A DNA stretch of 64,000 nt from Desulfurococcales archaeon (GCA_027022365.1 JALVYU010000026.1:384001-448000); one strand, 5' to 3'; numbered from the stretch's first letter, positions 29,870-41,654 are shown. Notes: generated from the sequence alone by a model not told the origin. Made by a program: numbers and translations.

Positions 29870-31153
29870 TTGGGTGCTAGAACAATGAGCACGGGTGATT
29901 ATAAGGTTAAGGATATGGGGCTGGCGGAAGCCGGTAAACTGAAAATTTACTGGGCAGAGAAACATATGCCTGTCCTAATGCTTCTCAGGAAGAAGTATAT
30001 GGACGAGAAACCATTCAAAGGATTAAGAATATCTGCCGTCCTACACGTAACTAAAGAAACCGCCGTCCTAATGAAAGCGATCAAGGATGCTGGAGCAGAG
30101 GACGTCGTGCTAGCAGCGAGCAACCCGTTATCCACACAGGACGACGTGGCAGCGGCACTAGTAGAGTACGGCATAAGAGTATATGCGTGGAGAGGACAGT
30201 CAAGCGAGGAGTATTACTGGTGTATTAGGAAAGCAGCTGAGAACGAGCCCGATATAATATTGGATGATGGCGGAGATTTTCATGCACTTATACATAAGGA
30301 GTATCCCAAACTAGCATCAAAAATGATCGGCGGTACCGAGGAGACTACAACGGGTGTGATAAGGCTAAGAGCCCTTGAGCGCGATGGACTGCTCAAGTAC
30401 CCGGTCATAGCTGTAAACAATGCTTATACAAAACACTTGTTCGACAACAGGTACGGTACCGGGCAGAGCACATTCGACGGTATACTTAGGGCTACTAACA
30501 TACTGGTCGCTGGTAAAGTAGTTGTGGTAGCTGGTTATGGATGGGTAGGCAGAGGAATAGCCATGAGGGCACGTGGACTAGGAGCTAGAAGGGTTATAGT
30601 TACAGAGGTGGATCCTATTAGGGCTCTTGAAGCAGTCTTCGATGGATTCGAGGTAATGCCTATGATCGAGGCTGCCAGGGTTGGAGACATATTTATCACA
30701 GCAACGGGAGACAAAGCCGTGATCAGGCGGGAACACCTCGAGGTTATGAAGGACGGTGCAATACTCGCTAATGCTGGGCACTTCAACGTAGAGATATGGA
30801 TACCTGATCTCGAAGCCCTGGCCGTATCCAAGAGGGTTATCCGCCCCAACGTTACGGAGTACATACTACGTGATGGTAGATCGTTATACCTATTGGCTGA
30901 AGGAAGACTCGTAAATCTCGTTGCCGCTGAGGGTCATCCAAGCGAGGTCATGGATATGAGTTTCGCGAACCAGTTCCTAGCAGTCAAATATCTGAACGAT
31001 AATAGGGGCAGGCTGCCGCCAAGAGTCCTGAATCCGCCGAGAGAGCTCGACGAGAGGATAGCGAGGCTCAAGCTCGAATCAATGGGTATAGAGATCGATA
31101 GATTGACAGCGGAGCAAGAACGGTACCTAAAGTCTTGGCAGCTCGGAACATAA
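29870..31153 (+). CDS. ahcY: Adenosylhomocysteinase
   Basis: [43 protein letters not shown]. Confidence 0.97.
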   Translation: MGARTMSTGDYKVKDMGLAEAGKLKIYWAEKHMPVLMLLRKKYMDEKPFKGLRISAVLHVTKETAVLMKAIKDAGAEDVVLAASNPLSTQDDVAAALVEYGIRVYAWRGQSSEEYYWCIRKAAENEPDIILDDGGDFHALIHKEYPKLASKMIGGTEETTTGVIRLRALERDGLLKYPVIAVNNAYTKHLFDNRYGTGQSTFDGILRATNILVAGKVVVVAGYGWVGRGIAMRARGLGARRVIVTEVDPIRALEAVFDGFEVMPMIEAARVGDIFITATGDKAVIRREHLEVMKDGAILANAGHFNVEIWIPDLEALAVSKRVIRPNVTEYILRDGRSLYLLAEGRLVNLVAAEGHPSEVMDMSFANQFLAVKYLNDNRGRLPPRVLNPPRELDERIARLKLESMGIEIDRLTAEQERYLKSWQLGT

Positions 31154-31222
31154 TTGTTTTTATCATGTTTATCGTTAAAGCTATATATCCCCCTAGCTAG
31201 AATCAAGATAAAATGGGCCTGG

Positions 31223-31296
31223 GGGCCCGTAGCTCAGCCAGGTAGAGCGCCGGGCTCATAACCCGGTGGTCGGGGGTTCGAATCCCCCCGGGCCCA
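31223..31296 (+). tRNA. tRNA with CAT anticodon, probably tRNA-Ile2 (agmatidine); no intron
   Basis: GGGCCCG Ile-type acceptor stem, CCGGG-CTCATAA-CCCGG arm; lacks the A1:U72 pair of initiators. Confidence 0.85.
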
Positions 31297-31371
31297 CCTT
31301 TTAATTCCATAATAAATTAATAGAATTTAGGTTTCTCTGGATATGAATAGATCGGAGCAGTAGGATAGAGG

Positions 31372-32379
31372 TTATGTATTGTTTCTTTGTGAAAACTTGT
31401 ACATGATATATTTAAATGCTGCATCAGCTGCTTTAGCTCCTTCTGCTGCAGCTATTATTATTTGTTCGAATCTATACTTGCAGGGACCCCCAGCGGCATC
31501 GCCAGCGACGTATATTCCCGGTAGATTGGTGCTTTGATCAGGGTTTACCTTGGCGTATCCGTTCTCGTCGGTTTCTATGCCAACTGATCTGAAGAATTCC
31601 GTCGGGGGAACTAATCCTATCTCTATGAATACTCCATCTACTTTGAGTATCTTCTCGTTTCCGGTCTTCTTGTTCTTAATCCTTATGCCTTCGACTCTTT
31701 CTTTTCCTAGTATTTCGGTTACAACATAGTTCTTGAGAATAGTGATTTTTGGATTATTTTCTGCTTTGCTTACATATACTTTGAACGCCCTGAACTCGTC
31801 TCTCCTGTGTATAAGGTATACTTTACTAGCGATCTCGGCAAGGTATAATGCTCCTGTTACTGCTGAGTTACCTCCTCCTATTACAGCGACGACTTTATCC
31901 TTAAATAATGGGCCGTCACACGTGGTACAATATGAAACTCCTCTCCCTACTAGTTTATCTTCTCCTGGAACACCGAGTTTCCGCTTCTTACTCCCTATAG
32001 CGATAATCACAGCTTTGCCCACATACTCCTTGCCCGATAAGGTTCTCACGATCCATTTATCATCTTTCGGTACGACTTCTACTGCTTTCTCAACTATTAT
32101 TGGCACGTCATACTTCTTGACATGGTTCACAAATTTTTTCACTAATTCATTTCCCGGCATGTCAGGTAATCCTGGATAGTCGTCGACTAGTGGTGCTTCC
32201 GACATATATCCACCGATGAGCTCCGTTATCACTATAGAGCTTAGATTATACCTAGCGGAATATAGTGCCGCTGTGAGGCCCGCCGGGCCTCCACCTATTA
32301 TAACTATGTCGTATTCTTTCTTCTCTTGACCAGAATCTATTGACAAGCCTGAAAGGCTAAAGCGTAGGCTCATTTTCAC
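31372..32379 (-). CDS. trxB: Thioredoxin reductase
   Basis: GGGPAGLTAA, GVSYCTTCDG, GGGNSA, HRRDEFRA. Confidence 0.93.
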   Translation of the reverse strand: MKMSLRFSLSGLSIDSGQEKKEYDIVIIGGGPAGLTAALYSARYNLSSIVITELIGGYMSEAPLVDDYPGLPDMPGNELVKKFVNHVKKYDVPIIVEKAVEVVPKDDKWIVRTLSGKEYVGKAVIIAIGSKKRKLGVPGEDKLVGRGVSYCTTCDGPLFKDKVVAVIGGGNSAVTGALYLAEIASKVYLIHRRDEFRAFKVYVSKAENNPKITILKNYVVTEILGKERVEGIRIKNKKTGNEKILKVDGVFIEIGLVPPTEFFRSVGIETDENGYAKVNPDQSTNLPGIYVAGDAAGGPCKYRFEQIIIAAAEGAKAADAAFKYIMYKFSQRNNT

Positions 32380-32505
32380 ATCGCCTTCTTACATGGATTC
32401 GTATAGGGGTTTATTTTTCTGTCTCAAATGCCTAATTATTTAAATGTAAATACAATCAAATAACGTAATACTAAATAATATGAGTTTTTAACAAAACATC
32501 TACTA

Positions 32506-33468
32506 GTGAAGAACATGGAATACGTTGATCTCGGTAATACCGGGCTACAAATATCTAGGATCGGGCTTGGAACATGGCAGTTCAGTGAAACATGGGGAGT
32601 AACAGACTATAAAATTGCAAAAGATATTGTAGAGAAAGCAGTTGAGATGGGCATTAATCTATACGACACAGCAATGGTTTACGGTAATGGGCTAAGCGAA
32701 GAATTCCTGGGAAAAGCGCTCCGGGAAATTGGTGTTAAACGCGACGAGGTAGTGATCGCCACCAAAATACCTGGGGATTACCTTAATCCGGGGGATGTAT
32801 TCAGGGCAGTAGAGAGATCGCTCAAAAGGCTTCAGACAACTTATATAAATATATTACAACTACACTGGCCGCCATGCTGGCATAATTTTCCCACTTGCAA
32901 ATATATGAGAGCGCTTGAGCGACTCGTAAAGCTGGGCCTTATAAACCACATTGGTGTCAGTAATTATCCGATAGCACTCGTGGATGAGGTAAGAAGTTGT
33001 CTCTCAACAATAGATATTGTCAGCATGCAGTACAGATATAATATCATTGAGAGACAGGCAGAGGAAGAACCTATCCCGTACGCCGAAGAGAACGATCTTG
33101 TATTCTTGGCGTGGAGTCCACTCACTAAAGGAGCTGTAACTGGTAAATACACGTTAGAAAACCTCCCAGTATTCAACGATGTACGCAGAACTGATCCCAT
33201 ATTCCATCCCGAAAACTTTCAGAAAATAAAGCCATTGGTGGACAAACTTACTGAACTCGCGGAAAAATATGGTAGAACACCAGCTCAGATAGCACTTAAT
33301 TGGATCATCATGTATAGTGACTCTATAATCCCTATACCAGGTGCCAAGAAACCAGAACAAGTCGTGCAAAATGCTGAAAGCGTGGGGTGGCGGATGAGCA
33401 TACATGACTGGCTAGAGCTTGAGAAGTTGTCTAGAAATATTATGATAGAATACTCTGTATATTACTAG
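32506..33468 (+). CDS. Aldo/keto reductase
   Basis: IGLGTWQ, DTAMVYG, IATK, LHWP, GVSN, IPIPGAK. Confidence 0.92.
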   Translation: MKNMEYVDLGNTGLQISRIGLGTWQFSETWGVTDYKIAKDIVEKAVEMGINLYDTAMVYGNGLSEEFLGKALREIGVKRDEVVIATKIPGDYLNPGDVFRAVERSLKRLQTTYINILQLHWPPCWHNFPTCKYMRALERLVKLGLINHIGVSNYPIALVDEVRSCLSTIDIVSMQYRYNIIERQAEEEPIPYAEENDLVFLAWSPLTKGAVTGKYTLENLPVFNDVRRTDPIFHPENFQKIKPLVDKLTELAEKYGRTPAQIALNWIIMYSDSIIPIPGAKKPEQVVQNAESVGWRMSIHDWLELEKLSRNIMIEYSVYY

Positions 33469-33505
33469 GCGAAATACTGGCTGGTCAAGCTACGTATTTA
33501 ATGTT

Positions 33506-33940
33506 TTAATGTATTAGCTCTTTTTTAATAACCATTAAGGCTGAGACTAGGGCAGGGCTTGGCAGATTATTTGGTATTCCAGCCAATCTAATCGGTTCGA
33601 CGGTTAGGAGTTCCTTCTTGCTTGGCTCCTGATCCCCTCCATTAATTATAATACATGATCCTTCCTCGATATCCTCGATTTTCTTCTCGGAACCCCGGTC
33701 CGTGATAAAGTATCTCTTGCTAATGCCCAGCGTGGTTTCTAGATCCTCGATCTCCGGGACTAGAATAAGGGGTTTACCAAGTCTATAGGATATCCTGAAA
33801 GCCTCAGGTACACCGATCTGTGAGGCGGCGCCATAGGGCCTTATAATTATTGGGATCACATCGTTGAAAGCATACACTGTCTTGACAAAGTCCACGACTC
33901 TTTGAACACTCGATGGTGCATACAATGCTATATATAGCAT
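33506..33940 (-). CDS. DUF2122/COG4080-like protein (putative SPOUT fold)
   Basis: APSSVQRVVDFVK, GAASQIGVPEA family-like motifs. Confidence 0.65.
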   Translation of the reverse strand: MLYIALYAPSSVQRVVDFVKTVYAFNDVIPIIIRPYGAASQIGVPEAFRISYRLGKPLILVPEIEDLETTLGISKRYFITDRGSEKKIEDIEEGSCIIINGGDQEPSKKELLTVEPIRLAGIPNNLPSPALVSALMVIKKELIH

Positions 33941-34914
33941 TAGATATCACCCTCGTTAAGTAGTCTGGCAACGTATTCCGCTATAGCTCTTGAAAGGGGG
34001 ACGGGGACAGCCTCACCCACTTGATTATATTGTTCGTCTCTCCCTCCATAAAATACGAATTGGTCTGGAAAACCCATTAAACGTGCTTGTTCTCTCACCG
34101 TTAGAAGCCTATTCTCATAGGGATGGATGAACCGGGAACATCCAAGCACTGTCGGGGCGGGTTTTGAGGGATCTAGACGTATTAGATTCGGTAACCTGCG
34201 TCTTGCCCCTTCATAATAGATGAGGGCCTCTCCATATCTCAGTCTCGATACGCGTTTGAGCTTCCTTAAGGGTAAAGGAGGCGGGGGCTCATGGTTTGGG
34301 AGAAGCATGCCTGGTTTGGGCATGTTGGAAAGCGCTTCTCCTACTGTTACTAATCTCTTATGCTTCTTAGGAGTGATCTTAATATTTGATATGAACACTC
34401 TAATTCTATGGCTAGGGGTCCCATAATCTTCTGCTCTCAGCACATTAAAGTAGATCTTATCATATCCTGCTCTTCTGAATTCTCTCATTAGCGCGTACTT
34501 GAGGCCGTTATCCATTATTGCCGGAACGTTTTCCATGATAAATACTCGGGGCTTGAGAATCCCAATTACTCTTATAAAATGTAGTGTCAATTGACCCTGC
34601 GGGTCTTTATAAAGCCTATTAATAGGGTCTTTCTGTCTGCGAGGGTTTGCGCCCGTATATGGCTCACAAGGGGGTGAACCGATAACCAGGTCTATTTCTT
34701 CGCTACCTAGAAGCTCATAAAGAATGGAGCTACTTATCTTCTTTATATCTTCCATTACCACAAGTGTTTGAGGAAAGTTTGCCGAAAAACTCAGGGCTGC
34801 GGGCCGGAAATTATCGATTGCTAGCAAACACTTAAATCTGCCTTGCTGATGAAATCCTTCGGAGAATCCTCCTGCTCCAGAAAATAAATCTACATATTTA
34901 TACACGTTCCCCAA
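33940..34914 (-). CDS. Orphan C5-cytosine methyltransferase (Dcm family)
   Basis: DLFSGAGG (I), GSPPCEPY (IV), MENV (VI), RLLTVREQARLMGFPD (IX), QVGEAVP (X). Confidence 0.9.
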   Translation of the reverse strand: MGNVYKYVDLFSGAGGFSEGFHQQGRFKCLLAIDNFRPAALSFSANFPQTLVVMEDIKKISSSILYELLGSEEIDLVIGSPPCEPYTGANPRRQKDPINRLYKDPQGQLTLHFIRVIGILKPRVFIMENVPAIMDNGLKYALMREFRRAGYDKIYFNVLRAEDYGTPSHRIRVFISNIKITPKKHKRLVTVGEALSNMPKPGMLLPNHEPPPPLPLRKLKRVSRLRYGEALIYYEGARRRLPNLIRLDPSKPAPTVLGCSRFIHPYENRLLTVREQARLMGFPDQFVFYGGRDEQYNQVGEAVPVPLSRAIAEYVARLLNEGDI

Positions 34915-34916
34915 AA

Positions 34917-35465
34917 CTAGATCGCACCCAGGAAAGCCAGATCAGCTTCGATTTCTTTTATCTTCTTCCTTAAGACCTTAATTGATTCTGAGGGATCATA
35001 TTCGTCTAGCGGTGCACCGTCTATTGGACATATGTAATCGTAGTCCATCGCCTCATCTAATGAGTATCTTCTACCACAGACCGGGCACTCGTAGAGAATA
35101 GTGTTCTCTTCATATTCTAGTCTTGTCTTGAGTTTATCTAATGTCTTCTTCAATCTGCTTATGAGTACTCCTTCTAGCTGTTCTCGATTAAGGATCCAGC
35201 CGTGAATAGTTCTATCATCTAGTTTAACCTTCCTGTACGAAATAATTGCTTCTTCGGCCAGCTTTTGGAGAATTCTGCGAGCCTCATTAGATTTTATGCC
35301 GAGTTCTTTACCCAGAGTTTCTTCGGCGACAACACCCCTGCTTCTAATAATATGTGTAATTACTTTTCTAGCATTAGGCCCGTACATCCTAGTTATTAGT
35401 TCTACTATGGCATCCTCGATGATTTTCTCACGATCTCTAATTCTTCCTTGTTTCTTTTTCGCCAA
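34917..35465 (-). CDS. tfe: Transcription factor E alpha
   Basis: wHTH ([22 protein letters not shown]) plus CPVCG...CPIDGAPL Zn ribbon. Confidence 0.9.
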   Translation of the reverse strand: MAKKKQGRIRDREKIIEDAIVELITRMYGPNARKVITHIIRSRGVVAEETLGKELGIKSNEARRILQKLAEEAIISYRKVKLDDRTIHGWILNREQLEGVLISRLKKTLDKLKTRLEYEENTILYECPVCGRRYSLDEAMDYDYICPIDGAPLDEYDPSESIKVLRKKIKEIEADLAFLGAI

Positions 35466-35991
35466 CGTTGATCACCTTTTTACCATGAGCACAGGGCTCT
35501 ATGATAACTTTAGCGTTTGGAAATGATAAATGTAGTTCACGGCCCTCGAACAGTCTGTCCAGAAACACAGCTAAGGCGGCAACCTCGGAGTGAGGCTGAT
35601 GTCCGATAGCGACATTATAGTCGGCAATATCGTAGAAATATCTAGGCACTTTCTCTGCACCCACGACGATTAATAAGTCCCTATTAGTATTTCTTATCTT
35701 GTCTATCACATCGTCGATGTGAAGCCCATACATTGTCAGATGAACAATAATTCCATTTTCTCGTTTCCATTTCTCCATATACCTCCTATGGTCAACGCCC
35801 ATCTCTACGTGGAGCTTACCGCCCCATCTCTCTTCCACCTTCCTAATAGTCTCCATTATTTTCTTGTCAACTACGTCTGTAAGGATAAACCCATTAGCGC
35901 CGAAAGCCCTGGCGACCAGTGCCACATGTGTTGTTATTCTTTTATCTCGCCCCGGTCTATGCCCGTATCTCAACACATATATTCTCCGCAT
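35437..35991 (-). CDS. trm56: tRNA (cytidine56)-2'-O-methyltransferase
   Basis: [38 protein letters not shown]. Confidence 0.95.
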   Translation of the reverse strand: MRRIYVLRYGHRPGRDKRITTHVALVARAFGANGFILTDVVDKKIMETIRKVEERWGGKLHVEMGVDHRRYMEKWKRENGIIVHLTMYGLHIDDVIDKIRNTNRDLLIVVGAEKVPRYFYDIADYNVAIGHQPHSEVAALAVFLDRLFEGRELHLSFPNAKVIIEPCAHGKKVINVGEKETRKN

Positions 35992-37048
35992 TTAGATCAC
36001 CACTTGAAATATCGTTGATAAGCCTCTTGAGCAATTCTATATTATAGCCCGTTCTAGCAGAGATCATTATGGGTATTTCGGAAGGCTCTAATAGCTTATC
36101 GAGTTTTCTGAGTATTCCCGTCAAGTCTTGCAGATCTATAAGGTCGATTTTATTCAATGCGATAATTACTGGTTTTCCGTGAATACCTAGGCCGAGTAAA
36201 ATCTTTCTCGTCTCTCTAAGCTCTTTTAAAGTTTCATCAATCCCCTTAGAAATATCAATTACATTAACTATTATATCGGAGTAAACTATTTCTTCCAGTG
36301 TTGCATAGAATGCATCAATGATCTCGGGAGGAAGATCTCTGATAAACCCGACAGTATCTATAACAATGAATTTCTTCCCATTGAAAAAGAAGGAGCCAGT
36401 CTTAGGATTGAGTGTTGTAAACGGCTCGGGTCCTACTGGTTTATTATAGCCTGTTAATGTATTGAATAGTGTGGTTTTACCTGAGCACGTATATCCTACT
36501 ATAGAGACGTGAGGCAAGCCATATTTGATCCTCTTTTTCCTTCTTATCTCTCTCGTCTTACTCAATTTACGTAGTTCTCTCCTTATCCGTGCTTCACGCT
36601 CTTTCGCCATTTTATAGTATTTTTCATAGCCATAACGTCCCGAGCCGAGGAATCCGTGAAGTTCGCCTAGTTTTGCTCTTCTAATAGCTTCTTTGATAAT
36701 TGGCAACCTATGCTTTAATCTTGCTAATTCTATCTGCATCTTTGCTTCTTTGCTCCCAGCATGTAACGCAAATATTTCGAGGATTAGGTCGATCCGATCA
36801 ACGGGTTCTTTCCCGGTTGTCCGTAGTAGATTGATCTTTTGAACGGGTCTAAGTCTGTCTAAAACTATGATCTCAGACTCAGTATTTTTGATGTATTCAA
36901 GCCTATTCATGGGAATATAGTACTTTGGATTAGGTCTACGCACATATATTATGTCTTCGATTTCAGTATAAACCGTTCTTACCAGGGCGAGTTCTTCCTC
37001 GAGGTGACCCCTGTATTTATGCGGTATGAAAACCAGTGCTGTGTTCAT
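35957..37048 (-). CDS. hflX: GTPase HflX
   Basis: [42 protein letters not shown]. Confidence 0.93.
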   Translation of the reverse strand: MNTALVFIPHKYRGHLEEELALVRTVYTEIEDIIYVRRPNPKYYIPMNRLEYIKNTESEIIVLDRLRPVQKINLLRTTGKEPVDRIDLILEIFALHAGSKEAKMQIELARLKHRLPIIKEAIRRAKLGELHGFLGSGRYGYEKYYKMAKEREARIRRELRKLSKTREIRRKKRIKYGLPHVSIVGYTCSGKTTLFNTLTGYNKPVGPEPFTTLNPKTGSFFFNGKKFIVIDTVGFIRDLPPEIIDAFYATLEEIVYSDIIVNVIDISKGIDETLKELRETRKILLGLGIHGKPVIIALNKIDLIDLQDLTGILRKLDKLLEPSEIPIMISARTGYNIELLKRLINDISSGDLNAENICVEIRA

Positions 37049-37053
37049 TGGAA

Positions 37054-37581
37054 CTACTTCCCTTCTTTCCTAATCTTTATCAAGTCACCTATGGTGAAGT
37101 AGTCGTCCCCCTTCCTACTCTTATAGTCAAATTCAACCTCGTCTGCAATAGGCTCTAATAGAGTTATTCCCAGTACTTTTTCGAGTCTTCTAGCAAGCTC
37201 GATGCTTGGTTTTAGGCGTCCAGCCTCAATTCTCTTTATCACATTCTCTTTTTCTCTAACTTTTTGCGCCAGTACTTTCTGGGTCCATCCAAGTCTTTGT
37301 CTAGCCCTTCTTATTCTCTCGGCATAGTCTTCTATAATCTCGTAATCGTCCTCAAGTATTCTTCTAGGTATTCTCCTCGGCGGCCTGGGCTTTACGGGTC
37401 TGGGCTTCCGAGTTGCTAATGATGGGGTAGTAAATGTTCTTTGGGTGGGAACGCCTCTTTTCTTCATTAGCCTGTTATAGCATTGCGGACAAACAGTCAT
37501 TACTACTCCTTCAACCATAACAGTTCTACATAGTCGTTCATCTGGGATCTCTCTGCCGCACAACTCGCAGTAGCAGGGCAT
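37054..37581 (-). CDS. mbf1: Multiprotein bridging factor aMBF1
   Basis: CELCG...CPQC Zn ribbon plus HTH (IRRARQRLGWTQKVLA), TIGD tail. Confidence 0.92.
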   Translation of the reverse strand: MPCYCELCGREIPDERLCRTVMVEGVVMTVCPQCYNRLMKKRGVPTQRTFTTPSLATRKPRPVKPRPPRRIPRRILEDDYEIIEDYAERIRRARQRLGWTQKVLAQKVREKENVIKRIEAGRLKPSIELARRLEKVLGITLLEPIADEVEFDYKSRKGDDYFTIGDLIKIRKEGK

Positions 37582-37653
37582 TTTCTCATCCTCAGATAGT
37601 GATATTAGATACTATGGTTTTTAGGGGTAGATATAACCATTAGTACTTAGGGG

Positions 37654-38871
37654 TTGATGCTTATGAGCACTAATGAGCCTAAGGACACGTTAACAGGTAA
37701 GATGAGCACTGATGACTATATTAGGTTCTTGGAGTCGAAGCTGAGATGGTTGGAAGTCGAGAAGGAGAGACTGAAAATGCAGATAAAGTATTATCAGACC
37801 GAGATTGAGAAACTATTATCTCCCCCACTCGTAGAGGCAATAGTGATCGATGTACTCGATGATGGAAGAGCTATTGTTAAAAGCACTACTGGGCCAAACC
37901 TGATTGTGAGTATCAGCGAGAAGATAGATAAGGAGAAGCTTCATCCGGGGATGCATGTCGCGTTAAACCAGAGGGGTTCAACGATCGTTGAAATACTTCC
38001 GGATTACGAAGACCCATACGTTAAATCGATGGAAGTGATCGAAAGACCGGAGGTTTCATTCAGTGATATAGGAGGTCTTAAGAGCCAGATCCAAGAGCTT
38101 AGAGAAGTTGTAGAACTACCCTTGAAGAACCCGGACTTATTTAGAGAAGTCGGTATTGAGCCTCCGAAGGGAGTACTCCTCTATGGCCCACCGGGATGCG
38201 GAAAAACGCTTCTAGCGAAAGCTGTAGCTCATGAGGCTGGTGCAACGTTTATCAGTATTGTTGGGAGCGAGCTTGTTCAGAAATTCATAGGTGAAGGTGC
38301 AAGAATAGTAAGAGAAGTCTTTAGACTAGCCAGGAAGAAAGCCCCTGCAATAGTATTTATTGACGAAATAGATGCTATAGCTGCAAGAAGACTTGATATC
38401 GGAACCAGTGGTGAGAGAGAAGTCCAGAGAACCCTTATGCAGCTACTTGCAGAAATAGATGGGTTTAAGTCTCTCGATAATGTTAAGATAATAGCAGCTA
38501 CTAATAGAATAGACATACTTGACCCGGCTATTCTGAGGCCTGGAAGATTTGACCGGCTAATCGAGGTTCCACTACCCGACCTAAATGCCAGGTACGAGAT
38601 ATTCAAAGTACATACACGTAGGATGAAGCTCAAAGGCGTGGATCTGTACGAATTAGCTCGCCGCACTGAAGGAGCTACGGGAGCCGAGATCAAGGCTATA
38701 GTTACCGAGGCCGGATATAATGCTATACGTGATGGACGCAAATACGTTACTATGACTGATTTCATTAGGGCTGTCGACAAGGTTATGTCGAAGAAACACA
38801 TACGTGATAATAATATGAAGTATCTGGACAACGAGCGTGAGAAAAGAAGATTCTCACCGATATTCCAGTAG
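37654..38871 (+). CDS. pan: Proteasome-activating nucleotidase
   Basis: Coiled coil, [34 protein letters not shown]. Confidence 0.95.
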   Translation: MMLMSTNEPKDTLTGKMSTDDYIRFLESKLRWLEVEKERLKMQIKYYQTEIEKLLSPPLVEAIVIDVLDDGRAIVKSTTGPNLIVSISEKIDKEKLHPGMHVALNQRGSTIVEILPDYEDPYVKSMEVIERPEVSFSDIGGLKSQIQELREVVELPLKNPDLFREVGIEPPKGVLLYGPPGCGKTLLAKAVAHEAGATFISIVGSELVQKFIGEGARIVREVFRLARKKAPAIVFIDEIDAIAARRLDIGTSGEREVQRTLMQLLAEIDGFKSLDNVKIIAATNRIDILDPAILRPGRFDRLIEVPLPDLNARYEIFKVHTRRMKLKGVDLYELARRTEGATGAEIKAIVTEAGYNAIRDGRKYVTMTDFIRAVDKVMSKKHIRDNNMKYLDNEREKRRFSPIFQ

Positions 38872-38885
38872 AACGGTGTTGGTTT

Positions 38886-39371
38886 TTGCTAGTTCGTCCT
38901 CCAACTCTTTCTGAACTGAGAGAGCTAAGAACAATAGCTAAACTACAGTTTAGAGGGATACCTGATGCTTTTATTCCTGAAGATATACGTCTCGTATTGA
39001 GTCCATCTACGCATAAAATAAGATATCTTATTCTTGATGGTAAACATTATTTGTCGGTGAGAGCTAGTGATTATAGATTCGTACTTCATATTCCTGCGGG
39101 GCTAACATTACATAAATTGTTGCCTCAGCCATTCTGTAGAGTTTATGTTAGCCATAAATATGCTGGTTTCATAGCTGATGGGGGAAACGTGTTTACCAAG
39201 CATGTTGTATGGGCGGATCCAGATATAAGACCCGGCGATGAAGTTGTTGTGATAGATTATGATACAGGAGAAGTTATTGGTGTAGGGAAAGCCTCTAAGC
39301 CCGGATGGGAAATGATATATTATGGATGGGGCGAGGGAGTTAGGATTAGGGAGGGAATAAACGAGGTATAA
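38886..39371 (+). CDS. Stand-alone PUA-domain protein (TGT C-terminal-like)
   Basis: GNVFTKHVVWADPDIRPGDEVVV...GVRIREG. Confidence 0.8.
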   Translation: MLVRPPTLSELRELRTIAKLQFRGIPDAFIPEDIRLVLSPSTHKIRYLILDGKHYLSVRASDYRFVLHIPAGLTLHKLLPQPFCRVYVSHKYAGFIADGGNVFTKHVVWADPDIRPGDEVVVIDYDTGEVIGVGKASKPGWEMIYYGWGEGVRIREGINEV

Positions 39372-39375
39372 AATC

Positions 39376-40125
39376 TTGGTTGCAAGGATAAAGGCCTTTA
39401 TGCTTAAGGGATTTGATCCATCAGAACTCAAAGGCTCGATCTTCGTGACGGGTTATCAGGGCTTTGGAATGGTCGGATATCTAGCTAGTAGACACATAGC
39501 TATGGAACTGAGTCTTCAACGCGTAGGCTTTATAAAAACACAGCACATGCCCGAAGCAACATTCTATAAAAAAGGATATGGGCTCACCTATCCTTTCGAA
39601 CTGTATTATGGTGTTGTAAATAATAAGAAACTACTGGTACTCGTTAACCACGGTACACCCCATGTACGTGAAAGAACAAGATACGCCGAATATCTGGGCT
39701 CTTGGCTTAAAAGTGTAGGTGTTAGCGAAGCCATACTTATAGGCGGTTTGGACCCTGCTGTAAGGGAGAAAGAAGATGAGAAATACCGGTGGATCCCGAT
39801 AGGAGATTGTAAGAGACAGCTGGATGCACCATTGCTCGAAGAAAAACACGTTATAGGACCTCTTGCTCTAACAATGTTGTTCCTAGAAGCCAACGATATT
39901 CCAGGCGTGGCTATATTTGCTTATACGGAGCTGTACCGCCCGGATCCTAGGGCTACTGCTGTTGCTGTCGATATTATCTCAGATATACTGGGGGTTAAGA
40001 TAAAGACTGATCGCCTCCTGGAAGAAGCTAAGGTTATAGAGAGGATCGAGGAGAAGAAAAAAGAGATGCTCAAGGCTCTTGAAGGCGAGGTTGAGACCGA
40101 ACGAGAACATCCAATGTATGTCTAG
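39376..40125 (+). CDS. Proteasome assembly chaperone (PAC2 family)
   Basis: TGYQGFGMVGYL, IGGLD, GPLA, PDPRATA; in operon with pan. Confidence 0.85.
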   Translation: MVARIKAFMLKGFDPSELKGSIFVTGYQGFGMVGYLASRHIAMELSLQRVGFIKTQHMPEATFYKKGYGLTYPFELYYGVVNNKKLLVLVNHGTPHVRERTRYAEYLGSWLKSVGVSEAILIGGLDPAVREKEDEKYRWIPIGDCKRQLDAPLLEEKHVIGPLALTMLFLEANDIPGVAIFAYTELYRPDPRATAVAVDIISDILGVKIKTDRLLEEAKVIERIEEKKKEMLKALEGEVETEREHPMYV

Positions 40126-41653
40126 CGCATTTAATACCGTGCCCTAAAAGCATATCACATACTGTTTCTGATAGGCTTTCGGACCAGGAATCCCCAACAT
40201 AATATATTATTACCTCAACTATACTCTTTCCAACCTCCTCGAGTCTTATTATTGTATCAGCAATCTCATTTGAGCTTTCGATAATGGTATAACGGTCGAT
40301 GTTGTCATTGTATTCATGCTGGAAGAACGGGTAAGTGTTGGAAAGACTTGGTGAAAATACGCCTAGGAATGGATGATAAAATAGGCATTTTTCATCGGGA
40401 ATTATTTCTTTAACTAACTCGATGATGTTGCTATAAGGTTTCCTAATAGCTGGTACTAAGTAAATGGTATTTCCAAGATTTAGCTTAGACAAGACGAAGT
40501 CGTATACGTTCTTTTTAATTACTCTGAGTCTTGGATGATATAAGCTATCGTAGTCGTTCATCATTATAGCGAAGGTATTAGGTTTTGTGAGAGGATTATA
40601 TTTTTCGAGTAGCCTAACGTATTTCTTAACTATATTAAACGCTGATCTAAGCGATGGGTGAGCTTTGCTCTTATATTCGAGATACTCCCATAACCTACCT
40701 TCCTTTATATGTTCCTTGATTTTCCTGAGCTCCTCCATGAGGACGTATAGATTATGGGTCGCTAATAATTTGATCTGCTCTTTTCTCTTTAGACTCTTTA
40801 GCTCTGCCAGTGTATATCTGGAACATACTGGGCAATTGCATGGAAGATAGGTTAGCTCGTCTAACCGTCTTGTCCCTGTCTCAGTCATGTAGCGGCCGTC
40901 TCGAGCGTATAGAATATAGCTCGCACTATCAAAAAGATCTGCACCCAAGGCTACTAGAAAAGGTAGAATCATCGGGTGCCCGACACCGAATACGTGGAGT
41001 GGTTTCTGAGGGGGCAAATGTAATCTTGCTAGTGCGACAAGCTCTACTATGTCCGCATAATCATATCTTTCGAGAAGTACTGTAGGAGAACCTAGTGCGT
41101 GGATGTGGTAGGGATACTTCCATGCGCGTAGGCTGGAGTAGAGCACGAGATCCCTATATGGTGCCCCTTGAATAGGGAGAACCCATAATTGATCAGTATC
41201 CATTATTAGAGGTAAGGCTTCTGTTGCTCTATCAAAAGTCTCAAAGACAGCTCTACGTGCTTCTTCCCATGACATTTTAGTTCCTGTTGGTACATCAAGT
41301 ATAACGCCGATGTCAACGCCGATCTGTTTCTCATACTCGATTATTGTCTTATTATCTATTTCAATGTCTCCATAAACCAGTACTTGGTATCCCCCAGAAT
41401 CGGTCATAATTACTTTGTTCCATTTTAGCGTGTCGTGTATGTTCTTGGGTCTTCCTCTATTTCTTCTGTAGAAGAGGTATGCATTTGTAATGAAGGCGTT
41501 AAAACCCATTTTCTCGATTACATATAAGGGCACATCTTGTCGAGTAGGATCAACTACGGGAAAAAGGTAGGGTGTTTCCATTGTTCCGTTTTTTGTTTTT
41601 AGCTTTGCTATCCTTCCAGCTAGATCATATTCTTTTGGGTCATAGTATTCCAA
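40070..41653 (-). CDS. tgtA: Archaeosine tRNA-guanine(15) transglycosylase
   Basis: MTDSGGYQ, LDVPT, HVFGVGHP, DLFDSASY, CNCPVC, HNL. Confidence 0.93.
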   Translation of the reverse strand: MEYYDPKEYDLAGRIAKLKTKNGTMETPYLFPVVDPTRQDVPLYVIEKMGFNAFITNAYLFYRRNRGRPKNIHDTLKWNKVIMTDSGGYQVLVYGDIEIDNKTIIEYEKQIGVDIGVILDVPTGTKMSWEEARRAVFETFDRATEALPLIMDTDQLWVLPIQGAPYRDLVLYSSLRAWKYPYHIHALGSPTVLLERYDYADIVELVALARLHLPPQKPLHVFGVGHPMILPFLVALGADLFDSASYILYARDGRYMTETGTRRLDELTYLPCNCPVCSRYTLAELKSLKRKEQIKLLATHNLYVLMEELRKIKEHIKEGRLWEYLEYKSKAHPSLRSAFNIVKKYVRLLEKYNPLTKPNTFAIMMNDYDSLYHPRLRVIKKNVYDFVLSKLNLGNTIYLVPAIRKPYSNIIELVKEIIPDEKCLFYHPFLGVFSPSLSNTYPFFQHEYNDNIDRYTIIESSNEIADTIIRLEEVGKSIVEVIIYYVGDSWSESLSETVCDMLLGHGIKCARHTLDVLVRSQPRLQEP

Positions 41654-41654
41654 A

